Origin: Candidatus Woesearchaeota archaeon
Lineage (GTDB): Archaea; Nanobdellota; Nanobdellia; Pacearchaeales; GW2011-AR1
Assembly (NCBI GenBank): GCA_964600565.1
Contig: CAZRJS010000005.1
Span: forward strand, 1 to 39,119
Length of the DNA stretch: 39,119 bases
Reading direction: 5' to 3'
In this document: piece by piece, positions 17,118 through 25,818 of the stretch
How positions within the stretch are numbered: the first letter of the stretch is position 1
Layout: each line of letters begins with the position of its first letter
Program-made: the position numbers and the translations under genes
Notes under the pieces: generated by a model
Seen by the model: the letters and a program-made list of their open reading frames with translations, nothing else
What the model was told of the DNA's origin: nothing
Databases searched by the model: none

Positions 17118-19499
17118 CTAAATTCTAAATCTTAAAATAGCCCCCATTCCTGAAAGATTATAAAATTGCTCTCCTTCTGTTGTCTCTCTTGAAACTATTT
17201 CTATCTTGGCAGAGATTTCTTCTGCAAGTTTTTTTAATTCCTTAAATAAAATTTTTTTATATCCTTTTGTAAAAATTAGGGTTTCTATAGCACCATATTG
17301 CAAAGCTTTTCTTATTTCAGATTCTTTATAAACTACAAGTTCAGAAGTTTCTCCAAGAATTCTGAAAAATTTCTCAAGTAATTTTTTTTCATAAATTATT
17401 TCTTGATTAGCAAGTAATTCTTGTGATCTCTGAACTAATTCATTTAATCCTGTTTCAGATGAATCTCCAATATCTACTCTTCCAATTACTTTTTCTTTAA
17501 GTTTTGTTTTTAAATAATCTCCATCAAGAAATTCATCTTTTGTAGGAACAGGCCCACCAACAATTATACCTCCTAATTTAGGCATTTCAAAAAAACTTTT
17601 TTTCATCTCTTCTGCAATTCTTTTATAAAATTCCTTTGTTAGGTTTTCTGTTATTCTATGAAATCTCTGAGAGGAATTATGAACAATTAACCCATTAGCT
17701 ATAAAATTATGATTTTTAGTTTCAATATCAACAGTACAATTAAACCCAATATTTTCAATTTTATTTATTTTTACTGCTATTAAATTTGAATTATAAAACA
17801 TCTCAAGTCTTCTCTTTAAATCAATATCCAAAATTTTATCCAAAATTTTATTCTTAAAAACTTCTTTGCTCATTTGCCTTTTATTACAAAAGAAATAACC
17901 GCAATGAAAACCTCTCGTATTTAATCCAGAATTTCTAATTATTTTTGCAACTTCAGACCCATTTACTGCTAATTGCCTAACCTTATTCCTGTTACTTCTA
18001 CTTTTAATTAGTTTCTTAACTTTATCTTGTTTTTCTGACGAGGAAAATTTGATTGTATTACAAAATTTTTTTAAAGATTCTAAGTCATCAATTGCTAAGG
18101 TATACCTTAAATTATTGGAATAAGGATTTCTTTTATTATCATATTCACTAACTGAAGAAATAACCCCTAACCTCAATAATGCAAATTGAAATTGTTTTGC
18201 TAAAGTTTTATTGTTAATTCCAAATGCAATTTTGCCTTTAGAAACATATCCTTCTGCATCAAAAAATCCTGAAACAAATCCAGAAAGAGATTTATCAGAA
18301 GATTTTAAAATAATTTGTGGAATTTTTCCTTCCAAAGTTTTATTTTTGTCTGGAAAGATTTGTTTAAATAATTGACTAATTATTCTACTATACACTCTCA
18401 ATTGCCAATAATTTTTAGATTTTCTAAACCTTAAATCAGAATGAATTTCAAAAATTTCCTTAATTAAATTTTTATAATAATTTGCAAACTCCTCTCGTTG
18501 TTCAAAAAAGGTTATTCTATCCTCTTCATAACTTCCATCTCCAAGATAATAACCTAAAATTTTTGCTAATTTTTGATTAATTTTTTTTGGAATTTCAACT
18601 TTTTTAATATTAAAAAATTGTTTAATTTTTGGATAAAAATCTATTTTTTGATCTTTTAAATCAAGATTAATTTTCTCTGGAAAAATTAAATAATCTCCTT
18701 CTTTAATCTCACAAAGAGGTTTCTCAACTATTCCTTTATCACATCTAACAAAAAAAGTGTGCTCTTTTGAAGCATTAATCTCAAATCTAGGGTAAGCAGT
18801 GATTATCTTAAATAATTCTTTTTTATCTTCCCATTTTACAACAAGCGGAGTTTCTTCTATTTTCTCTTTATTAAAATTTTCAGAAATTATTATTAAAGGA
18901 TTATGGGAATCTTTAATCTCAATAATCTCACCATTATTTTTCATGATTAATGTTTCAGGACTTAAGCATTGCCCTCCAGCCCTTATTTTACTTGGAATTC
19001 CAGAAGTCATTTTATGAAGCATCTCTATTCTTTTTCCTTCAAGCATCCCAATAGTGGCTTCTTTTCTATCCATGACTAACAATCCAAAAACTTCAGAAAC
19101 TTCTAACATAAATTCTAATGCTTCAAGAACAAATTCTTTATCACATCTATAAAGACGAGCTTTAAGAGGTATTGGGGGTTCAATCAACCATAATTGCAAA
19201 TCACTCTGACCTTCTACTTTTGAAACATTACCAGAAAAAACCGCTAGTCCATTTTTAGGAGTTTTTTTAAGACCTTTAAGTTCACGAACAATTTTTTCAA
19301 GAGCCTCAATAACATTTTTTCTATTTGAAGCAGATTTTATATTTTTAGCTGTTGCTTTTTCTGCCTCTAATTGTCTCTGAACTGTATTAATATCATAATT
19401 CTCAGGAACATAAACTGTAATCAATTCCGTATGTCTTCCTTTGTAATTTTTCAACTCTTCAACAACTTCTTCAAGCTCTTGTTTTGTTAATATAGTCAT
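17118..19499 (-). CDS. prf1: peptide chain release factor aRF1, interrupted by an intein
   Basis: NIKS motif (AKNIKSAS), then GGQ (RAGGQ) followed immediately by a 431-aa insert. The C-extein resumes SSQRFHRI. At 793 aa it is roughly twice the normal aRF1 length. Confidence 0.9.
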   Translation of the reverse strand: MTILTKQELEEVVEELKNYKGRHTELITVYVPENYDINTVQRQLEAEKATAKNIKSASNRKNVIEALEKIVRELKGLKKTPKNGLAVFSGNVSKVEGQSDLQLWLIEPPIPLKARLYRCDKEFVLEALEFMLEVSEVFGLLVMDRKEATIGMLEGKRIEMLHKMTSGIPSKIRAGGQCLSPETLIMKNNGEIIEIKDSHNPLIIISENFNKEKIEETPLVVKWEDKKELFKIITAYPRFEINASKEHTFFVRCDKGIVEKPLCEIKEGDYLIFPEKINLDLKDQKIDFYPKIKQFFNIKKVEIPKKINQKLAKILGYYLGDGSYEEDRITFFEQREEFANYYKNLIKEIFEIHSDLRFRKSKNYWQLRVYSRIISQLFKQIFPDKNKTLEGKIPQIILKSSDKSLSGFVSGFFDAEGYVSKGKIAFGINNKTLAKQFQFALLRLGVISSVSEYDNKRNPYSNNLRYTLAIDDLESLKKFCNTIKFSSSEKQDKVKKLIKSRSNRNKVRQLAVNGSEVAKIIRNSGLNTRGFHCGYFFCNKRQMSKEVFKNKILDKILDIDLKRRLEMFYNSNLIAVKINKIENIGFNCTVDIETKNHNFIANGLIVHNSSQRFHRITENLTKEFYKRIAEEMKKSFFEMPKLGGIIVGGPVPTKDEFLDGDYLKTKLKEKVIGRVDIGDSSETGLNELVQRSQELLANQEIIYEKKLLEKFFRILGETSELVVYKESEIRKALQYGAIETLIFTKGYKKILFKELKKLAEEISAKIEIVSRETTEGEQFYNLSGMGAILRFRI
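17676..18968 (-). mobile_element. intein with LAGLIDADG homing endonuclease domain (aRF1 residues 178-608)
   Basis: Starts with Cys (CLSPETLIM, block A) and has an SKEH block-B-like motif. LAGLIDADG motifs LGYYLGDGSY and GFFDAEGYV. Ends NHNFIANGLIVHN, followed by the +1 Ser. Boundary codons were checked at 18966-18968 (TGC) and 17676-17678 (AAT). Confidence 0.85.
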
Positions 19500-19723
19500 A
19501 TTAAAGAAAAAAGAATAGAGTTTTTAAAAGTGGTGAATCAAAGCTTGGGTAAACAATATTAAGAAAATATTTATTCCATAAAAAAATTAATTATTATAAA
19601 ACTTCCAGAGGGAAAATTGGATTAAATTAATTTTCTAAATCTGGATATATAAAAAGAAAAACATTAAAAAACAGGTTTTTAGAAAAAAATCATTAAAATA
19701 AAAAGAATTCACCAAAGCAGGGA

Positions 19724-19993
19724 TTAGTAATCATCTGGGGGATTTAAGCAAAATAAAGATTCTATATTAGAATAATCCAATAAATTGCTTTTTTTATTTG
19801 AATGCATTTCATATTGTTGCTTATCTATATATTTAGCTCTTCCTAAAAAAGGCTCTTTAAATTTAGAATCTATAGCAACTATTAGTTCTCCTTCAAGAGA
19901 TTTTATAGTCTCTGGAAGGATTCCCTTAAATCCTATAGGAAGAAATCCAAAAATAAGTCTTTTGATTAATAAATCTCTTTCTTTTCCTTCCAT
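19724..19993 (-). CDS. hypothetical small protein
   Basis: 89-aa ATG ORF with the 34-nt repeat ending 20 nt upstream of the ATG. No family recognised. Confidence 0.4.
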   Translation of the reverse strand: MEGKERDLLIKRLIFGFLPIGFKGILPETIKSLEGELIVAIDSKFKEPFLGRAKYIDKQQYEMHSNKKSNLLDYSNIESLFCLNPPDDY

Positions 19994-20013
19994 ATTTAAT
20001 TATTAAAGTTTAA

Positions 20014-20047
20014 TTTAAATAAATTTATATCCTGGAAAATAAATATT
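20014..20047. repeat. 34-nt perfect direct repeat, copy 1
   Basis: TTTAAATAAATTTATATCCTGGAAAATAAATATT is identical to 21304-21337. Confidence 0.9.
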
Positions 20048-20090
20048 CTATAAAGAAAGAATAATTAAATAGCTGTAAATTATTAGGTCA

Positions 20091-20750
20091 ATGACAAACA
20101 AAAGACCAACAAAATTAAGTTACATAGAAAAAACTACTGGTTTTTCTGTATCTCATGTTTTAGAAGAGCTCCCAACTTATGAATCTTTTTGCAAAACTGT
20201 TTCAAAAGATAAAAGAATTTTAGTAAATGAATCTTGCTCTACAGATGAAAAATGGTTTCCGGGGATTGTCAATATACATCAAAGAAAAATTGGAATTGCT
20301 AAAAATAATATATATGCTTTTCTAGATGGAAACTCTATCTGTGCTTCTGAATTTTATGATTGGGCTTTCCAAGCTGAAGATAAATCCAATAATTCAATGA
20401 TAACTGGCCTCTATAAACAATATAGACCGATGTTTGCATTTGAAGGCAATTATTCAGTTCTTAGTAAAGCGCCGTTTGTAATATTTGCATTTGGTATAAA
20501 TATTAATCACGAAAAATTGGAAAGAACAATGAACCAATTTTTTGACAGCACAAAATTAAACCCAAAAAAATTATCAGAAAAAGACATCTTAGATTTTAAT
20601 GCAAGAAAAAGAGATATAATAACCTCTATAGATGACGCATATGAAAAGATGCATAGATTCAAAGATTTTTCTGCTGATTTTGGATATGAATTAATGCAAA
20701 AGAATCAATTATATGATCGTTTTGTTCATGGTGCTGATTTTGGGGCATAA
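20091..20750 (+). CDS. hypothetical protein with possible N-terminal HTH
   Basis: 219-aa ORF. The N-terminus LSYIEKTTGFSVSHVLEEL looks helix-turn-helix-like; the rest is unrecognised. Confidence 0.5.
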   Translation: MTNKRPTKLSYIEKTTGFSVSHVLEELPTYESFCKTVSKDKRILVNESCSTDEKWFPGIVNIHQRKIGIAKNNIYAFLDGNSICASEFYDWAFQAEDKSNNSMITGLYKQYRPMFAFEGNYSVLSKAPFVIFAFGININHEKLERTMNQFFDSTKLNPKKLSEKDILDFNARKRDIITSIDDAYEKMHRFKDFSADFGYELMQKNQLYDRFVHGADFGA

Positions 20751-20794
20751 TATTTTTCTGTTCTAATCCCAACTTGCATAGGTTATTCCAATAA

Positions 20795-20808
20795 CTTTGT
20801 ATACAAAG
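20795..20808. terminator. perfect 14-nt palindrome between convergent genes
   Basis: CTTTGTATACAAAG lies between the stops of 20091..20750 (+) and 20815..21258 (-). It may be a bidirectional terminator hairpin. Confidence 0.3.
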
Positions 20809-20814
20809 AAAAAT

Positions 20815-21258
20815 TCAAGTAAACAAAGACTTCATTAAAAAATTCTTGGGGATTCTCTTTTCTTCATAAAATAAATTTTCAAGATTTTTTAATTCAATAC
20901 TATGGATTTTAAAAGCATTCTTTTGCCAAAATTCTAATCCCCCTTTTGAATAATCTCCAAATGGTTTATACAATTCTCCAAATTTTAAAGTATCTAAAGA
21001 ATTTCCAATTTCATTGTTAATATAAATTTGCCAAAAGGGATTATTAGGGAGAAACCAAATAGTCATTAAAGAGAGTTTATCATTCTCCCTTCCTTTAAAA
21101 TCAATTAAAGGTTCAGAGAATTCAAGGGAAGATTTATATGAACTAATATTTAATTTTGGAGGAAAATAAAGAGAATAACAAGAATTGTTAAAATTTGCTT
21201 TTGTTTTAACAGTAATCATTTTATATCCTCGCTTTTTTTTCAAATTTTTTTGTGACAT
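20815..21258 (-). CDS. hypothetical protein
   Basis: 147-aa ATG ORF with the 34-nt repeat 45 nt upstream. No family recognised. Confidence 0.45.
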   Translation of the reverse strand: MSQKNLKKKRGYKMITVKTKANFNNSCYSLYFPPKLNISSYKSSLEFSEPLIDFKGRENDKLSLMTIWFLPNNPFWQIYINNEIGNSLDTLKFGELYKPFGDYSKGGLEFWQKNAFKIHSIELKNLENLFYEEKRIPKNFLMKSLFT

Positions 21259-21303
21259 TTCAAAAGAACCCCTTATCTTTATATTTTAATGACAGAAATG
21301 TAT

Positions 21304-21337
21304 TTTAAATAAATTTATATCCTGGAAAATAAATATT
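21304..21337. repeat. 34-nt perfect direct repeat, copy 2
   Basis: Identical to 20014-20047. Confidence 0.9.
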
Positions 21338-21360
21338 AAATAGAAAAAATTAAATTGCTT

Positions 21361-21630
21361 TTACCTAAGAATATATTTTTCATAACCCCGGATATCAATC
21401 CAGTTTGTTACAGATAAAGAATCCCATATTTTAGAATTAACCTCACAATATTTTTTCTCTCCATCAAAAATTATCCTTTTTTCAGATTGATTAAATCTTG
21501 CAAAATTACACCTTATAGCTAATCTATCATTAAAAATAGATTTTACTTCATAAAGAACAGCTTCATCTCCTTTAAACAAAACAACATCCCCTATTTTATA
21601 AGGTTTTCCTTCTAATTCTTCTAATTTCAT
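21361..21630 (-). CDS. hypothetical small beta-rich protein
   Basis: 89-aa ATG ORF. KPYKIGDVVLFKGDEAVLYEVKS is reminiscent of an SH3/KOW-like barrel. No family recognised. Confidence 0.45.
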   Translation of the reverse strand: MKLEELEGKPYKIGDVVLFKGDEAVLYEVKSIFNDRLAIRCNFARFNQSEKRIIFDGEKKYCEVNSKIWDSLSVTNWIDIRGYEKYILR

Positions 21631-21682
21631 AAAAATAATTAATTATTTTTCTTTTTTAAAAATTTATATTGTTTAAACTATC

Positions 21683-24136
21683 TTAATTAAACTCTACATT
21701 AAACTTCCCCTCTTTAATCTCTTTGGCATTTGTAACATTTTTTAAATCAGGTAAAACACTTTTTAATTTATCTTTATCTTTTTTACTAATTGACAAAATA
21801 ATTTCTGAATTCATTGGTTTTTTTGCTTTTGTTTTTTCCTGCCTAACTAGAGAGATAATCTCTGTAAGAGCATCCCAAATAATTTTTTCATTATTAACTT
21901 CTTTTAAATTAAATAACTTAAATTCTGGCCATTTAGAGAGGTGAATAGATTTATCTTTTTCATATTTCTTAAAATAAGTTTGATAAATCTCTTCTGTAAT
22001 AAAAGGAACTATTGGAGAAAAAACATTTATTATTGCTAGAAGAGAAGTATATAAAGTATATTGGGCAGATTTTTTTTCATCTTTATCCCCATTATAGATT
22101 CTTTTTTTAATAATTTCAAGATAATTATCACAAAAATCTTTCCAAAAAAATTGTTCTACTTCTTGTTTCACTTTTGAATATTCATAATTTGAAAAATGTT
22201 TTGTAATACTTTTTATTATAACAAAAAGCTTATTAAGAAAAATTCTATCCAAAATTTCAAGATTTTTTGGTTTTTTAAAATCATAATCTTCTAAATTCAT
22301 AAAAACAAATTTTGAAGCATTTGTTAATTTTATTATGAATTTTTTTCCTGAAATAACATCTTGTTCCTGATAATCAAAATCTTTTCCAAGTTTTGAAGAA
22401 GCTGCCCAAAATCTCATAGCATCAGCACCATATTTTTCAATAACCTCTTGAGGCCTTATTATATTTCCTTTTGATTTAGACATTTTCTCTCCTTTAAGTG
22501 TAACAAAACCAGAAATAGCGACATCTTTCCAGGGATTTTTATTAAAATGTAGTCTTGATTTAACAAGTGTATTAAAAAGCCAAAAAGAAATTATTTCATG
22601 TGCCTGAGGCCTTAAACTCATGGGAAATATTTTTTTTGAATATTTTTCTTCAACTAATCCGGCAACAATCTGTGGAGTCATTGATGAAGTAAACCAGGTA
22701 TTAAGCACATCTTTTTCAGGAATAAAACTTTTTGATTTGCACTTTGGACATTGTTTAACATAAGGTTTATCTTTAAAAGGGTCTACAGGCAAATCCTCTT
22801 CTCTTGCTAAAATAATCTCTCCACATTTTCTGCAATACCAAACAGGAAATGGAATTCCAAAATGTCTTTGATTAGAAACCAACCAATCCCATTGTAATCC
22901 TTTAACCCAATTATCATAACGAGTTTTCATGAATTTCGGATACCAGTTTAATTCAGCCCCCCAACTTAACATATCTTTTTTAATATCAAGATATTTCAAA
23001 AACCACTGCTTTGTTTTAATAAATTCTATTTCAGTTCCACATCTCTCGTGAACATTAACAGGATGAACAATTTCTTCTTGCTTAACTAATAAATTTTGCT
23101 CTTTTAAATCACTAATAATTGCTTTTCTTGCTTCTTTAACTCTCATTCCTTTATATTTTCCAGAAATAGAAGTCATTTTTCCCTCCTTACTTATAGCTTC
23201 TTTTATTGGAAGATTATAAGCTTTCTGCCATTCCATATCTGTTTGGTCTCCAAAAGTAGCACAATAAGCAATACCTGTTCCTTTTTTAGGGTCTGCTCTT
23301 TTATCTTCTAAAATTGGAACTTCAAAATTAAACAAAGGAATTTCAGCTTTCTTCCCTTTTAAGTGCTTATATCTCTTGTCATTTGGATTATAAAAAACAG
23401 CAACACTTGCAGGAAAAAGTTCTGGTCTTGTGGTAGAAATAATTAAATCTTCTTTTCCAACTTTAAGTATAACATCAATAAAATTTGAATGTAAATTTTT
23501 ATCTTCAACCTCAACCTGAGCAACACCTGTCCTGCATTCTGGACAATACATTGCAGGAGCATCTCTTCTTTCCATTCTTTTTTTCTTATATAAATCTAAA
23601 AAACTCCATTGTGAAATTATCCTGGAATTTTTTTCAATTGTTGAATAAATCATATTCCAATCACAACTTATTCCTATATTTTTCCAATCTAAAATAAATT
23701 TAGGCATTTCCTTCTCAACAAAATTTGTGCAAAGAAGTATGAAATCATTTCTTGACATTTCTTTTGACTTAACATTATTCTTTCTTTCAACAAGTCTCTC
23801 TGTTGGAAGTCCATTATTATCTACCCCAAAAGGATAAAAAACATTATAACCAATCTTTCTTCTAAACCTTGCTATAAAATCTTGTTGTGAATAAGAACAT
23901 GCATGCCCAATATGCATCTCTCCAGAAAAAGTTGGGGGCGGGGTGTCTATAGAAAAAACAGGTTTATCTGAATCTAGATTAAAATTATAAATTTTCTCTT
24001 TTTCCCAAAATTCCTTGTATTTTTTTTCTATTCCAACGAAATCTGGTTTATTTCTGCGCGAAGGCACAGTCTTAGATTTCGTGGAGCCAGAAATCAAAGA
24101 TTTCTGAGCGTCTTTAAAATCAATTTGGTTTTTCAT
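21683..24136 (-). CDS. valS: valine--tRNA ligase
   Basis: Class I signatures TPPPTFSGEMHIGHA (HIGH) and KMSKSKGN (KMSKS). FGVDNNGLPTE and the overall length fit the archaeal-type ValRS. The track start at 24145 is a TTG; the first ATG is at 24136. Confidence 0.85.
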   Translation of the reverse strand: MKNQIDFKDAQKSLISGSTKSKTVPSRRNKPDFVGIEKKYKEFWEKEKIYNFNLDSDKPVFSIDTPPPTFSGEMHIGHACSYSQQDFIARFRRKIGYNVFYPFGVDNNGLPTERLVERKNNVKSKEMSRNDFILLCTNFVEKEMPKFILDWKNIGISCDWNMIYSTIEKNSRIISQWSFLDLYKKKRMERRDAPAMYCPECRTGVAQVEVEDKNLHSNFIDVILKVGKEDLIISTTRPELFPASVAVFYNPNDKRYKHLKGKKAEIPLFNFEVPILEDKRADPKKGTGIAYCATFGDQTDMEWQKAYNLPIKEAISKEGKMTSISGKYKGMRVKEARKAIISDLKEQNLLVKQEEIVHPVNVHERCGTEIEFIKTKQWFLKYLDIKKDMLSWGAELNWYPKFMKTRYDNWVKGLQWDWLVSNQRHFGIPFPVWYCRKCGEIILAREEDLPVDPFKDKPYVKQCPKCKSKSFIPEKDVLNTWFTSSMTPQIVAGLVEEKYSKKIFPMSLRPQAHEIISFWLFNTLVKSRLHFNKNPWKDVAISGFVTLKGEKMSKSKGNIIRPQEVIEKYGADAMRFWAASSKLGKDFDYQEQDVISGKKFIIKLTNASKFVFMNLEDYDFKKPKNLEILDRIFLNKLFVIIKSITKHFSNYEYSKVKQEVEQFFWKDFCDNYLEIIKKRIYNGDKDEKKSAQYTLYTSLLAIINVFSPIVPFITEEIYQTYFKKYEKDKSIHLSKWPEFKLFNLKEVNNEKIIWDALTEIISLVRQEKTKAKKPMNSEIILSISKKDKDKLKSVLPDLKNVTNAKEIKEGKFNVEFN

Positions 24137-24245
24137 AATAACCAATCAAGATACAGGAAAGTTATAAAGTTTTCTTAAGATAAAATCTTAGATTTTCCCT
24201 TTAAAAAAATCATTAAGAATTAAATTGATAAATAAATTTTATCTT

Positions 24246-24749
24246 TTAATAAAATTTCCCCTTTACTAAAGACTTTGCTCTTTTCCAATAAAACCAAGCT
24301 CCTAAAAAAACAACTAATCCTATTCCAATAAAAACTAAACCTGCAATAGAAGTTGTAATTAAAAAATATATCCCAAATCCGAAAAGCGCTATTGCAATAA
24401 CTGCTGTAATAATTGCTTTTATTCTCAAATTCCATCCACTAAACTTATATGTTGTAGATAGAATTTTGCTTCCTGTGCTTTGTTCATCTTGCTTAGGCAC
24501 TATATTTTGTTCCATTTTTTTAAATTTTTCCTCTTGTTTTTTTTGATAATTAAATAAAAACCAAGTCATCCCAAAAATTAAGGCTCCTAGTAAGGTTATT
24601 ATGATTTTAATACCCCAAGTTGATTTAATAACTTTTCCTTCAACATTAGTAATTTCACCTAAATCAAACCACAAAGCAATAACCATGAAAATATAAACTA
24701 AAGAAATAAAAATCAATTTAATAAATATTTTTTTATTTGAGGCAACCAT
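24246..24749 (-). CDS. membrane protein, unknown function
   Basis: 167 aa with four hydrophobic helices. No family recognised. Confidence 0.55.
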   Translation of the reverse strand: MVASNKKIFIKLIFISLVYIFMVIALWFDLGEITNVEGKVIKSTWGIKIIITLLGALIFGMTWFLFNYQKKQEEKFKKMEQNIVPKQDEQSTGSKILSTTYKFSGWNLRIKAIITAVIAIALFGFGIYFLITTSIAGLVFIGIGLVVFLGAWFYWKRAKSLVKGKFY

Positions 24750-24861
24750 ATTTTAAAAAAAACCTTTTTAATTTATAAATACTTTCAATCAATTAATCCT
24801 TAAATAATTCTATGAGTTTTCTATACACAATCTTTTTATACTAATCTCCTCTTGAAATATT

Positions 24862-25023
24862 ATGGCTCAAGAAAATGTTAATCTTCCAGCAGGATTTGGA
24901 GGACTTACAAGGTTTAAAGAAGAATATGAGAGTAAATTTAATCTAAAACCTTCTCAGGTAATTATGTTTGTAATATTAATAATTGTATTTAGAATTAGTT
25001 TAGAATTTTTGATTAAACAATAA
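24862..25023 (+). CDS. preprotein translocase subunit Sec61-beta (below the ORF-track size cut-off)
   Basis: My translation is MAQENVNLPAGFGGLTRFKEEYESKFNLKPSQVIMFVILIIVFRISLEFLIKQ*. It has the GL.R motif, the K..P..V segment and a C-terminal TM helix typical of archaeal Sec61-beta. A TATA-like CTTTTTATAC lies upstream. Confidence 0.7.
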   Translation: MAQENVNLPAGFGGLTRFKEEYESKFNLKPSQVIMFVILIIVFRISLEFLIKQ

Positions 25024-25027
25024 AAAA

Positions 25028-25363
25028 ATGTTTCCAGAATTAAACCCAAAAAAAATGCAAGCTGTAATGAAACAGATGGGAATCTCCCAACAAGAAATAG
25101 ATTCTTCTAAAGTTACAATTGAAAAAAATGACGGGAATAAAATAATTATTGACAATCCTTCTGTAACTAAGATTCATATGCAAGGACAGGAAACATTTCA
25201 AATTGCAGGAGGCTCTATTAGGGAAGAGAGTTCTAAACCTGAAATAAGTAAAGAAGATATACAAACAATTATTGAAAAAACTAATTGTTCTGAAGAAAAA
25301 GCCAGAGAAACCCTTGAAAAAACAGGGGATTTAGCTGATGCGATTATGGAATTAAGTGAATAA
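25028..25363 (+). CDS. nac: nascent polypeptide-associated complex protein (NAC)
   Basis: NAC domain NPKKMQAVMKQMGI...IIIDNPSVTKIHMQGQETFQIAG and a C-terminal UBA-like EEKARETLEKTGDLADAIMEL. Confidence 0.85.
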   Translation: MFPELNPKKMQAVMKQMGISQQEIDSSKVTIEKNDGNKIIIDNPSVTKIHMQGQETFQIAGGSIREESSKPEISKEDIQTIIEKTNCSEEKARETLEKTGDLADAIMELSE

Positions 25364-25391
25364 TTTTTTAAAAATTTTTACAAAAATAGGG

Positions 25392-25661
25392 TTATTTCTC
25401 GAATAAAATGAAACTTATATCTGTTAAAGATTTAATCTTATGGAAAGTTTCTGCTGGAAATTCTACTTTTGCAGGAGATTTAACAATCCAAGTTTTATCT
25501 CTTAAGGTTATTTCAGCTGAACCAGTAATAAAATAAATTATTTCACGAACATTTTCAGAATTATCACCTGCAATTACCCCTTTATACCTATAAAGAATTT
25601 TAAAATTATCAGCTTGATAAGTTTTACCCTCATCATTTTCTTTAATAAGTTCTATATCCAT
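25392..25661 (-). CDS. small cupin-like protein
   Basis: 89-aa ORF with a beta-strand-rich pattern (IYFITGSAEITL...FPAETFHKI) suggesting a single cupin barrel. Weak call. Confidence 0.4.
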   Translation of the reverse strand: MDIELIKENDEGKTYQADNFKILYRYKGVIAGDNSENVREIIYFITGSAEITLRDKTWIVKSPAKVEFPAETFHKIKSLTDISFILFEK

Positions 25662-25818
25662 TTTATAAATAAAATAATCATTAGTTAAATAATCTTTGAA
25701 AATAAAAATATTTGATTAATATCACACTAAAACTTATTACAAAAAATTAAACTAAAAATATACAACCAAATTACATAAAAACTTATAAGGAATATTATCT
25801 TTTTACAAAAAGACTAAA

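Noticed and set aside
19531-19714. Inverted 7-mers GGTGAAT / ATTCACC about 160 nt apart in the spacer upstream of aRF1, considered as the closing stem of a structured RNA.
   Set aside because: A 7-bp complementarity at that distance is expected by chance. The enclosed sequence is AT-rich with no further helices I could find.
24220-24435. 71-aa minus-strand ORF overlapping the 3' part of 24246..24749 in another frame.
   Set aside because: It is the same-strand alternative frame of a convincing four-TM membrane protein gene, has odd composition, and has no independent start context.
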